Origin: Trichosphaerium sp. ATCC 40318
Lineage: Eukaryota > Protista > Tubulinea
Reading direction: 5' to 3'
NCBI GenBank assembly: GCA_038496445.1
Contig: JALMLS010000304.1
Coordinates: forward strand, 496,001 to 560,000
DNA: 64,000 bases
Below, piece after piece: positions 13,992 to 26,714 of this stretch. Under the pieces are notes generated by a model. It was not told where the DNA came from. It ran no database searches and was given only the letters and a program-made list of their open reading frames with translations. The number at the start of each line of letters is the position of its first letter. Position 1 is the first letter of the stretch. Made by a program: the position numbers and the translations under genes.

Positions 13992-14727
13992 ATAGTACAT
14001 TTGCAAAAGAAGTTCCCACATTATTTTGCGACGAAGACACTGAGTGCTATTGGAATGTCTTTTGCTACTGCTTTTTAACAGTGCGGTTCGATCACGTCAT
14101 CACGTGCTATAGTGCACTACTGTTCCCTCAGTGATGCGTTGAGCAATCCTCAACGTACAGGAGCTCGAAATACTACAAGTCATTGCTGTTTTATTGTGCA
14201 AGTGTGCACCTGTCTAAACATAAAAAATAAAATTTAGAGCGACTACTCGCCAAGTTGTGAGTATCGTTGTTTAATTTATTCCAACCATGAGAGGCTTTTT
14301 CAGATTTTTTTCCAGACAGTCGGTTTTTACAAACCATTGAGGTAATATTCATTAACACACGGTCGTTCCAAATTGTAAAATAAGGGTTGTCTAAAAAAGG
14401 ATGTCAGTCTGAAAAAACCTCAAAGTCCCTGGAAAATTTCCCAAGCCCTGGAAAGCATTTAAACAGCCGTTATACGTCAAATACAACAATTAAAGCGTAA
14501 TATTTTTTTTTACGTTATTTAATACGCCACGGAACGTCTTTCAGGTTTTTTTGCCCAAACCGCACATATAAAATATTCCCTGGTTGCAATAGTATTCTCT
14601 AGCGACTCTCTACGCGTGTGAGAGTCCACTGAACTTAAAATAGCGATGTAAAAGCTTAAGAGTTTCAAAAACAGTTTTCCAGCCACACAACACCGACTAC
14701 TACTCCTGTAACTACATCATACCAACC

Positions 14728-16714
14728 ATGAAAAGTATAGTGCTCATTCTTGCGCTTTTATTTAGTGCTACTTTGGTTTATTGTGAGGATGATGATCACC
14801 ACGAAGAAGGTGAGCCTTACTGTCGTTTATTGCAACCAAGCGTTGTTTAATCGTGTGGCCACGCTTGCTAATACAACTCCTTAGAATGCACTCATGCCAA
14901 TATCACTACCAATACAGAAGAGGTAAGAGTTTCCGACCGTTTAGTCACACTTTGCTTGGTGTACCCTTTTCTTATCGTCGTTAGATGCTACACAAGTTTG
15001 ATAATAACACTGATAACAGACTAAACGACACTGAATTCGATGCTTTATTTGCAGCTTTCTTTCCTCTTGCGTCTCACGGGCACGAGGACGAACACGGTCA
15101 CGAAGATGAACACGCGGACGAAAAGAACGAAACAGTACATGATGAGGTACTAACCGCAACTTGCTTTCACAAACTATATCACGTTATTTATCCCGCTTTA
15201 GCACGAACACGAGGAGAGCTGCATTGACGCAGACGAACTATTTCATTGTCTAGATGAAGATGAAGATTCCTTTATTGGTACTGCTGAAGAACTTGCCGAG
15301 GCTCAGCATATTCTGTTTGCAATGAAGTTGGAAGGTTGTTTTAGTACTGAAGAAGAAGAACACAGCGACTCCGTCTGTAAGAAACCTTCAAAAGGACAGG
15401 TAATTACGACTTGCTTTGGGATTCGTTTTTTTTTCTTTTTTTTACGTTTGGTCACGACAGTGGTCTAACTTTTTACGATAGGTTTGGGGATACACTCTTC
15501 TTGCTACGTTTATAATATCTGCTGCTGCTCTCGCAGGCGTTCTGCTCATCCCTATTAATGTACGTAATTTATGAAAAAAAAGTAACCTCACATTGAAATT
15601 CCACCGGCAAGGAACTTCAAGTTTACCAGTTCTATTTATTTTACTGCCAAGCTGTAGTTTACTCACTCGCGATTTTTAGTCCAATTACAGGGAGTTAGTT
15701 ATGGAAATTATGTTATCTTTTGCTGTTGGAGCTCTACTTGGTGACGGCGTACTCCACCTCGCGCCTGCTATTTGGGGCGAGCATGGTCACGGTGCTTCAA
15801 GTTCGGAAGACAGTCACGACGAGCACGCTCACGAAGAGGAAGAAGAAGAACAGACTGATGAAGAGAAAAAGGTATTACCAATCTTGTTTAATTATAGCTC
15901 TAACTCTTTTACTTAGAATGAAGCTTTGTTCCTTGGCTTAGTTGTAGTTGTTACTATCTTACTCTTTTTGGTAGTTGAGAAACTATTAAAACATTGGGTT
16001 AACATTAGAAGAAAAAAGGCATCTGCTAATGGTGTCGTTTCCGAAAAGACAGGAGATGATGTTGAAGTACAGTTGAAGACTGATAGCAACTCGGATTCTA
16101 GCTCCTCAGGTGGCAAGGTCATTGAAGCAGTAGCTTACTTGGTACTCATTGGTGACGCTTTCCATAACTTTGCTGATGGTCTAGCAATTGCGTAAGCTCA
16201 AAGAATTTAATTTTTTCCACGTGGAGAAGTTTCATCAGTTTAATAATTTTATTTCTAGTGCCTCGTTTTCTCTATCTACTTCTGCTGGTCTTAGCACGTG
16301 TATTGCTATTTTTTTCCACGAGTTGGCACAAGAATTGAGCGATTACACAATTCTTATCAAGGCTGGCATGAGCAAATGGCAAGCTATCCTTTGGAATTTG
16401 TTGGGAGCTTGTACTGCTTTCCTAGGCGCAATTATTGGTGTTGCTGTATCAGATGTACGTTTTATTCACAATTGAACCTTTTTTGGTGTTGACGTATTTT
16501 TTATTAGCTCGGAGACACTGAAAAATGGTTGTTGGCTATCACTTTGGGCACCTTTTTGTATATTGCCCTTGTAGATATCTTACCAGAGTTACAAGAAAAG
16601 GATAAGGTCAGCCCTGCGCACTTGTTGATTCAAATTATTCCGTTCTCCATTGGTATTCTTATCATGTACCTTTTGGGATACTTTGAGAGCGAAGGAAAGT
16701 GCGATTTGGCTTAA
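14728..16714 (+). CDS. ZIP (SLC39, LIV-1-like) zinc transporter with signal peptide and His/acidic-rich ectodomain
   Basis: LSFAVGALLGDGVLHL, GDAFHNFADGLAI, HELAQELSDY, GTFLYIALVDILPEL. Confidence 0.92.
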
Positions 16715-17248
16715 TGTAGTAATATAAAATAAAGTAGACAGTGCCAGAGTTGTACACGTTTTAACATTGGCTTTCTCGGTTTATAAAAACCGTACGGAAC
16801 AAACTGTATGATTAATGATTTTATTTTCGAACAGCAATTGGTGTTTTATTTAGTACTGTGGAGCAGCCTTGATCATGCTAGAGTGGCTTCAAGTGATTGA
16901 ACCAATAAATAGTAATTTAGACAACTGGCCACGTGATGCCGACAACAAGAAGATATCCCAGTTAACCTCTTATACCTATACTCTTAAACGAATAGTATTG
17001 GACACGTTTTGTTTGTTAACTTACCAAAATATATACGCACGGTTATAGAGGCCAACTGGGCCGATTCACGGACAGGTTACGGTAGTTTGTGGCGTTGATG
17101 AGTTCTTCACCTTATGTTCATGTTCCACTAGTCTAGAACACGAACAATACGGTGGATACCCATTGGCCAATTCATCTTGGTGTCTAACTTTTATTTGACA
17201 TTTACTGACCAAACAAACCATCAATACTGTCTGTTATTTCTAATTGGC

Positions 17249-17663
17249 ATGTCAAGAAAACGTAGGTCCTCAAAAAAGACCAGGGTAGTTGAGGAGCTAA
17301 AGACTTTCAAGGGTTTCAGACAGACTACTCTTGGTGTTTGTTTGTCTAAAGCGATAGAAGATATTGTTACTACGCGACCAGGCGCATTTAAGAGCGAATT
17401 ACGTGACACAGTGCTTGTTGAATTCGATAAGGTATTTTAACGCCTCATTTTGGTCTTCTTACGTATTCTAGGCGATTGCGAAGGCGCTACTGAGAGTAAA
17501 AAATAAAACAGAGATTAAAGCGCATAGCTTATTCTATCGCAACCAAAGTAACACATGGGAGTTTTTTATGGATACAGCTACTGTAAAACAAGATGCTAAG
17601 TCTATTCAATGCACAGGAAACACTAAATTCTTGGCATACGATTCATCTCAATGTAAAAAGTAA
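17249..17663 (+). CDS. Divergent transcription factor IIA gamma (small) subunit-like, 2 exons
   Basis: FRQTTLGVCLSKAIED, VLVEFDK/AIAKAL, YRNQSNTWEF and KFLAYD follow TFIIA-gamma spacing. Confidence 0.75.
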
Positions 17664-17984
17664 ACTAAAACTCGTATTTCTAGAAACTAGTCTCTCAGAG
17701 TTGTTGTACTACGTTACTTATTGTGAATGATATGCAACAGTGCTGCAATAAGAATTTAACTTTTGAAGTCACGTTTAGGCAGCAAGAGGTTGCTTTTTTT
17801 CAGATTTTTACTGCAAGCTATCACGTGTTGCTTGTTTGCAACTCACAAGTACTTTTTGTATCTACTTGCTCCTATTGGGTATCCTTTAAGCTAATTGCAC
17901 CAGAAGGAAAGGTGTAAGATCAGGTAGAGTATCAAGCGGTACCACACCTCAAAGAACATTAATCAGAAAAAATTAGTGATTTAT

Positions 17985-20900
17985 TTATTTAATTTTTGTA
18001 CTGTCATTTTTTGACTTTACGGAGTGTGTTGCTTGTGCAATAATTAGAAATGTATTAGTGAATATCAATGTGAATGCATCAAGGCAGAACTTTGGTGTAA
18101 ATATACGCCAAACGAATAAGTGTCTTCTTTGGAAGTGAGTAAAGACGGTTGTAAAACTTGTTGCTAGTAACTGAAGAAGCATAAAAAGCATGTACAGATT
18201 AACTTTCTTTTTGTATCCATTCTTTCTTCTCCCTTGTATCATATACTCATTAAGTGTTGGTACATACGATATAACAACTAGAAGGCCAGAATACGTATTT
18301 AAAAAGATGAGAATACCATTCACAATAGGAAAGTATTGTACACCAATAAACCCTTTGTCAAAAAAAGTCAGTGAAACTTAGGAAAAAAAGTCTCAAGAGA
18401 TTAACTTCTGCTAATGAATTTGCGTGAAGTTTAATTAGTTTGTACCTGACCAAATATGTAATGAACTAAACTGAGCGTGGTGACCAGTGTTGTAATAGAG
18501 TTTGGTAGATGCCAAATAGAATATAAATACAAGTGCACACCAATCCACAATTGTTAGATTATATTCTCCCTTTTGTTGCTGCTTTTTTATACGATTTAGC
18601 AGCAATTCCATCAATACAATTATCGCTAATCATGATTATTGGACATAGTAAACAAGTTTCGCATACCTGATAAAGCAACTACACCTTTAGCAGTTGACAC
18701 TAAGAAAATAGCAGGAAGCAATGCTTTGCAAACTTTTCTGAAGTTTGTTCCTTCTTTCAACCCCACAAATATTATTCGTCCCACACACAAAATATAAATC
18801 AACTAGTAGCTATGAGTTAACAGTAAATCTACATTAATAAAAAGTCCAACTAACCCAAGGAAGTACAATCTTCGCAGCCGAAAAAGGGAACGGAAGTGTT
18901 GGGAACAGGCTTGTACTCCAATACAGTACAACGTAAACTACCTCGGAAGGGATAACGAGATAACAACCTACTGTATAAAGTGCGTATACAATAACAAGTG
19001 AAACGCTTGAGAGTGTCCTTAATTCGCTAATCCAAAACAAAGCCTTCACAAAGAGTCAACAAAGATGCAAAATACTTTGGCAAAAAAAAAAAGGAAGCAT
19101 GAACGTACTAAACTTAATACCATAATTAGGATATTAGGTACTTCTATGGTTTTTGCAAAACCCATCAAAGTGAATACTGGGTAAATATTTATAGTTGTCG
19201 TTTTGTTAAGTTCGTTGTTGAATAAACAAACTAGAACTACAGTGAGCATAGTTTGTCCTAGATAAAAAATCTGAATGTCTTCCGCTTCAATATAACTGTT
19301 AGATAATAGTCCAGCGAGTCTTAGTATCTAATCTGTTGTTAGTGTTTAGATAAATATAAATGAGTATTAGAATTACCAGACATAGAACACCAACAACCAC
19401 AAGTATTGGTTTTGTATTGAATGTAAAGTTGAATTCCATTGCTAGGATTTGCCTGTAGATGCGATACAGTAACCAGAAAATAATTGTTAACGATACAAAG
19501 AGTGGCCACTGTCGTTCTATCATGAAATCTCTAGTGAAGAACCATACAGTTCCAGATACTATCGGTACAAAAATACTGATACTCCAATCTACCGACTTAC
19601 TTTGAAATACATCTAATCCTAGGGAAAAGCAGCTGACCAATAGTACCAAGCATCCTTGAAACATTGTTTGATAATCAAATGTAGTCCATAGTCTTCTACA
19701 AAGAGCACTTGTGGATAATCCCCATTCTTTATTGGCTTCAAATAGAGCCATCAAGTCTTCAACGTTCTAAATAAGAAAAATGTAAGAACAAGAAATGACA
19801 CAAGGGTTTACCTCTGTCTTCGGTATAATTGTAGTCATAGTTTGTAGTCTCTCTCTGAGGTTTGATACAGTACTTGAACTGAATTGTGTGGTGATATTAG
19901 CGTAACTCTCCAAGTACGTTAATATCTGCCAATTATTTGTGTTGACAGCCATAAGAGCTCCCATTAGAGCATCACTTTCTGCTTCCTTTGGATCAAAGAA
20001 TAAAGAAGGAATGGAAACGCCAAGCGAAGTGTAAGGTATAGGTACACCTAAAAGCATTGCTATTGTTGGAACAAGATCAACTTGATGTATGTAGGGATCT
20101 TGTTTGTTGTTAACTTGGTTAAGGGATGCTGCGTGGTTTGGATACATCGCAGATGAGTTTATATTGTCTTTGGCATAAAAGAACATCACTGTTTCACGCT
20201 CTTCTGGCGAATCACCTCCGTGATTTCCCTTGGAAATAAATAAGCTAAGGGTATGTTTGTGAATTCGTAAAGTACATCAGGTGTCATTCCGTGGTCACCA
20301 AGAACTACTAGAAGAGTGCGCTCTGGTAGTTCTCTAGCAACATCTTTTAAAACAAAATTTATTTCTGTGAGCTTGTGGCTCATGTCAAGATTGTTAGGAC
20401 TAAATGTGGGTCAGCCTAGCCTATAGCTAGTAGATTGTGTACCCTAGAGTGTGTCCTATGTGGTCAATGCCTAAGAAATGTGCGATTAACACATCCCAGT
20501 CATCTTTGGCCATCTCTGGAAGGAGGTGGTCTTCACATCCAGTGTCGACAGTATCAAAATCTGCAACGTTCAAAGACGGATAGCAATACTCACGAAAAAA
20601 ATGCTCAGGATAGAGGTAGCACCAAGTGTCGTCTCCCATAAACACCATTTTCTTATCTAGTGTGTTTTATGAATATCAGTGTGGTGTTAATCGTAGGTAC
20701 CGTGGTGGAGGAGTTGCCTCAGGTAGTTATCCTCACGAATAGCCTGTGATGGTTCAAAATTATTTACAATATCAATAAACGTGGGTACACCACCTAGTGA
20801 TTCGTAAGTTAGAGCTAATGTAAAATATGTTTATGTACCTGTGGTCATTCCTTTTAATCGTTGCATTGTCGTTGTAGGCGGGTCGGCTATTGATCTTTAA

Positions 20901-22610
20901 TGGAAAGTTAGTGTCGCCGAGTTGAATGTTTTAATGAAGTTTGCCTTACTTGTATAACAAAGTGCGCTCAGGGTGCTACAAAAAGAGTCACGTGATTATA
21001 GTAAACACTTTCAAAAAAACGCACTTGCTTCATCAATTGATTGAATACAGGCATTTTGTTTATGTAAGGCATGTCTTCTTTGTTCTAATGCACACGTTAA
21101 GTCCGCATGACATGATGTCCATTAAGTAAACCAACTTTTTAAAGTTTACGAAAACAAAATGGGTTGTGGCGAATCAAAACCCGACCCATATACGCTAACA
21201 GAGACTGTAGATGAAGGTGGGTATATTTTCAAAATATTATTGCTAGGTGACAGGTAGGCGGGTATCAAAAAAGGGTTTTGTACTAATTTTGCCTCAGTGA
21301 CGTTGGTAAAACAAGTTTAATACGTCGTATGACCGAAGGAAGTTTTGAAGAAGAAAACAATAGCACGATAGGCATAGATATGAGAGTACGTTATCACGTG
21401 TTAATTAAGAAAAGCGATAAGAGAAATTCATGTTTTTTTGTGAACCTACATACGCATTGACGCCTGTTTTTAGGTGCATTCGGTAACTATAGGTGATAAG
21501 AAAGTCAATTTACAAATTGTACGCGTTCTTTGCAATAAATTTACGATATCACCACTTTTAATTTGTTGACACGTGTTAGTGGGATACTGCTGGACAAGGT
21601 GAGAGTTATAAAAAGATCCTTTACAAAACTGTATTGTATTTTATTTTAAAAAGGGTTTAAATGAGTGTTAACTAACCAACCTCACAAGAGAAATTCCGTT
21701 CTATTCCACCAGGATTTTTTAGAAATGCTCAAGGTACCCTTTGTGACACTCAAAAAAAAAAAACCGCTCGCTACGTATTCTGAGAGTTGCTTTAAGGTGT
21801 ACTACTGGTGTACGATATTACTCGTAGTGCAACATTCGCTAATGTGAGCGAATGGTCTGAAATGGCGAGGGAGAGAGCTAATTCTGATAACGCAGAGGGG
21901 GTGGAGTTTATATTGATAGGAAATAAGGCGGATTTGGTGTACAGTAGACAAGTAAAAGCTGACCAAGGAGAGGTACTTCGTTTTTTTCAGAAAAAAACCC
22001 TTCACGTGATTAGACTAAACCCTTATTCTCAGAAACTTGCTGCAAGTCTTGGAGTCGTATTTACTGAGACGTCAGCAAAGGAAAACACGAACGTTGAAGA
22101 CCTGTTTCTCAACATGGCAAAAAAAATGTTAAAAAAGATTGAAGGATGAAATGAGAGCTTTAAGTATACTTATAATGGGAAAATAGGCGTAGGGATTATC
22201 ACAGGAAGTACGTGGTAACGATTATTGTGTATAGAAGGAAATAGGCGTTGTAGCCATTAAATTGTTGCAAAAATGCGTGTTCGTACCTCGTCGTAGACTG
22301 CAAAGTCGTACCGTAGCGCGTCAAGAAGTACAATGACTGCGCGATCAAATCTGGCTTTAGGGAAGCTCCAACAACTGCGGTTTTCTGTTACGTGTTAGTG
22401 AGCGCATTAGAGACTGATTAAACCTTGTTTAAGCAATGGTGAAGGAACCACGTTGCATGTTGATTCCAAACCGACATCATAACGCGTAATAAAGAACCTG
22501 TACGCTGTGTTAGTATGAAAAACAGGCTTTTGACTATTCTTCTACCCAAACGCAAATAAAAAAACACCAAAGAACTGAATAACAAAGTGCAACAATAACG
22601 GTTCTCGCAT
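17985..22610 (-). CDS. PIGO: GPI ethanolamine phosphate transferase 3 (PIG-O/GPI13), multi-exon; a 1.2-kb intron hosts the Rab gene
   Basis: VIVLLDALRYDF, ADPPTTTMQRLKGMTTG, FMGDDTW, HFLGIDHIGH, GDHGM..GNHGG, QVDLVPT, RRHLFVWRIFTPKF. Confidence 0.92.
21159..22149 (+). CDS. Rab-family GTPase with N-terminal MGC and no C-terminal cysteines, 6 exons, nested in a PIG-O intron
   Basis: FKILLLGDSDVGKTS, TIGID, WDTAGQEKF, GNKAD, ETSAK; protein ends KKMLKKIEG*. Confidence 0.92.
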
Positions 22611-22675
22611 CTGATTCCCTAATAGCTTGCGACTCCAAAACAGATAGTGACTTAGCGTGTACGTTCAGTCAGGGT

Positions 22676-24197
22676 ATGTCAATGGCTGCGAACAACAGTA
22701 GCAGCCGCAAGTCCCCTCGCTCTGCTTCGAGGAGGAAGCGGCGTAGTAAAGAGTTCATCCACAAAGTGCACAACCGCGACAGACTAGCAACGTCCCAAAA
22801 CGAAGTACGAGATTCAACTGAGTTGATGATACGCGCCACAAACAAAATAGTTCGATTAAATATAGGCTCGTGCCGCTACACAACATCCCCTGATACTCTG
22901 CTATCAAAAGGAGAGAATTTCTTCACAGCATTATTGCGTGAAGATATTCCAACAGTCAAAGACGAAACTGGTGCCACCTTTATCGGTAACACGCACTATC
23001 TACGCTAATTCAGTACTAAATGGCTTTTTAGACCGCAACGGTGAGTATTTCTCCCCAATACTGGAATACCTACGTCACGGCACTGTGTACATACCAGAAG
23101 ACGTCAACTTAGACATGAATATGTTATTCAACGAAGGTGCGTATTTTTAATAGCACAATGTCCTCCAACGCATGTATTTATAACCATTAGCCGATTTTTA
23201 CCTGGTGGATCTCGTTCCAGGCCTCTGTGGAGACGTTAAAGAAGGACTTTACACAAGTCAAAATTGGATTATTTTTCTAGAACGCGATCAAACTCACCCT
23301 TGGTTATTCGGTATAACAGGTACGAAGGGATCCTGATACTGGCGCTAAAAAGAGGGAAACTTGCGTATTTTTATCTTGAAACACTAACCGTTATTTACTA
23401 GGTGTGTTGCAAGAGAAGCCTTCTGATCTTGAGAAAAAGCGTATATTTATAAAGGAGGTATGTGAGGTTAAGAATGGGATGATAAATTGGGGTGGTACGT
23501 TAACCTTGTAAAGCATAAGAAAACGTTTAGTTTGGATTGTTTTTTTTTCTGCTTTTCTGACAATATTAACTTTTGTAGACTATCGAATATACACCAAAGG
23601 TGATAGCCACGATGTGTACATATGGAATCCGAAGTTTTTTGGAAGCGAAACACGGTTGTTCTACCGGTACGTCAAAAAGAAATTATTTTGTGTTTTGGAT
23701 GGTTGTGTTTTAACTTAGTTTTGATAGGTGCCCTAAAAGCCAAGAGTTCCCTTTAGATATCAAAGTAGAAGCATTGGATAACTATCCAATCTTGCTAGTA
23801 TTCTCTAAATCTCGAGGTACGTATATGGTTGTCAGTTGAGTGTTTGGATGTTTATTGTTGCTTTTATAGGTAAGATTGTTGTAAAGTCACAGCAAAAGGA
23901 TTTCACTACAGCAGAAAATACTCGTGAAGGGGAGCGTAAAGTACATGAAACTATAGAAGCGATAGCAGAAGTTCTTTGTAAAGGTATTGCTATTACATTA
24001 ATTCAAAAGATGAAACCCAAGGTATACTTATACTAGTCTTACTAGGTCTTGTTATAATGAATGTTGTAACGGAAGATGTTGGTGATTGGTTGCTATATCT
24101 TCACAGTGATGTGGCATTTTTCTCATTTAACCACCCGTACATGAGTTTTGGTGCACCATTCCAAAAGATTGCACTCTCTACTGTTGTTCCTTTTTGA
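22676..24197 (+). CDS. KCTD-type BTB/POZ domain protein
   Basis: IVRLNIGSCRYTTSPDTL, FIDRNGEYFSPILEYLRHG, EADFY. Confidence 0.85.
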
Positions 24198-24408
24198 GAA
24201 ATAATCGTGGTCTTGCAAGGATATATTGTAAATTAATGTAACAATAAATAGTACAACAATTTAATGACGAACATTGTCCAATAATGTCAATACAAAAGAG
24301 CGTTGTGTTGAGAGAGTCAACTGCAGTCTTTAATTTACAGCTTTAATTTCTTCAATCCCCAAGCATCACAATACGCTCGACTTCCAGTGTGGCATTGTTT
24401 AATTGCTA

Positions 24409-26171
24409 ATGGCTGCAAGTAAGAAGACTTTTTTCGAAAACCCGTTTAAACGCGTACGTTAACTTCATCATACGCTGTTAAACACCTCAAGGGTGTATCG
24501 GAAGGGTATACGTGCCCGTACACAGCTGATGATTTAATAAAAAGAGTACAAAGCGTTGTGGCTGACATTGAGGGAAAAGAAGACGACTTACAAAAGCAAG
24601 GGTACTCCACTTCCGTTTTAGTTTATTGATTAACAGAATATTAGAGGTACCGCTATTTATCATGGTGCGCTCTTGATTTTATTAACTGCGCCTCACAAGA
24701 TATGCAGGTATAGGAGGTATTGCATATATGTACTGGCGCCTACATCATATTGGTATAAAGACACTGGGAGAGGTTAAAACAATCCAAAGAGCTAGACATT
24801 GGTTGAGAATTGCAAAGAAATGTGTTGACAATATTGACAAGAAGCACGTGGTCATTGTATTAAAAATAACTGACTGTCGACTAGGCAGCGATCTTTTATG
24901 GCAAGTTACCACGGCGTTGTAGCTCTTGCTGCTGTAGTTGCACATGATAGCAATAACAAGGAGAAGAGGTAAAAAATAGTGGCTACGTGATGCTGTATAA
25001 ACTTTTTTGGTAGTCTGTTTGTGTTAGAGGAGTGCAGATCGACTAAATGTAAGGCGAAGAATTCTTCAGAAATAATGTATGGCACTGCAGGTAAAATTTT
25101 AGGTGAGTAATAGCCCTTTATTACTAATTGTACACGTACAGGTGAGCTGCTTTGTCTTCTCTTCTTAGAACAGAATTTACCTTCATCATATTTTGATGAG
25201 ATTGGATGGCATATACGCGATTATATGAAGTCTTTGTGGAATAAATTATTCGATAAAGGAATGGCCAGTGGCAAGGAATTGTAACAAAAACAATCACCAC
25301 AACAGTATGTGTAACGGAACACTAGGTCTATTTCTATCGATCGTAAACGTGTTCTTGGATATACTTGGTATTCTCAAATGTATCTTGGTGCTGCTCATGG
25401 AACTGCAGGTGCGGTAAATATCGAAAGCTTTTGTTAATACTGAGTACATAAGGTATTCTATACACTTTGATGTTGTTCAAGGAGTTTATAAAAAGACGTC
25501 ATAAAAAAGTTATCTCTCGAACACTTAAATGGCTTTGTACTGTTGCTAAAACCCAAGATCAAAACTGGCCAACTACTGGTTATGAGGGTACATCATATAT
25601 GTAAGAGTATATCTAATATACTACCATAGATAGGCATAAAAAATACACATCAGTTCAGTGGTGTCACGGCGCACCTGGATTTATTTATACTCTCACAAAA
25701 GCAGCTGAGGTAAGGAATTTATTTATAGTTTCGCGTTTCTCAGTTGTTAGGTTTTGTCTGACCCTCAGTGGCTCGAACAAGCAAAAGCTTCTGGGGAATT
25801 GATATGGGAGAAAGGTTTACTTTGTACTTCAATGTCGCTATGTCATGGTATTGCAGGCAATACGTAAGTTACTTAAAGTTCAAAAATTTGTAATACTCTT
25901 AGATACTCTTTGTTGAACCTTTGGAGAGCCACTGGAGATGATAAGTACCTTGTAATGGCAAAGCAATTTTGTTCGTTTAGTCAACAAGATGAGTTGATGG
26001 CGTCGATGAGAACACCAGATAGTCAATACGCTCTCTTTGAAGGCACAAACCATGATTACACTTTTTTTTAAATTGATGTTACCAGGCAAAGCGGGTGTGG
26101 CAGTATTCTATGCTGACATGATTAAACCAGAACAAGCCAGATTTCCAGCTTTTGAGGAAGAGAGTAATTGA
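24409..26171 (+). CDS. LanC-like protein (LANCL family)
   Basis: YLGAAHGTAGI, VQWCHGAPG, SLCHGIAGN, SLFEGKAG, RFPAFE. Confidence 0.92.
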
Positions 26172-26714
26172 TGGACTATGTGGTAAAGTTAGCAGAAAGC
26201 ACTATTGCCAAAAGGTGGAACATATTAAGGCTACTTGGCGTGTTGATATTGCCGTTTATAAATAGCATTGTTGGCTTTGTGTATTTCGTTTTTTGGTGCT
26301 AAATAGCCTCAAGTACAAAAAAGATACAAGTACTTGTTGCACTGTAGTCTTGTTACAATGGGCGCTTCAAGAGCAAGATACTATGGCATGTCGATGGTTT
26401 TATTGGGTGTACTCAATGACTCAAAATGAATGGGTAATAGTTAGCATTCTACCTCTATAAAAGCAACGCAATAATAACACGTGATTTCTTTAGAACGTGC
26501 AGCATATTGTCGCAAATCTTTTGAGTCAAGATGTCGCAGCGTTTAAAAAAGAAAAGAACTAGTATTGCTAGCTAGCAAAACAAACCAAACTGGTAGCAGA
26601 ACTACGTGGTAAAAAGTGTTAACTTTTCTCAATACTGGTTTTAGCGACCAAACTCGCTAGACTTAGATGCTCAAAAACGGCCAATAGATGAAGTACTTTT
26701 TAGCACCCAAGAGT

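Noticed and set aside
22180-22248. Repeated AAATAGGCGT in the Rab 3' region
   Set aside because: Only two 10-bp copies with no further structure
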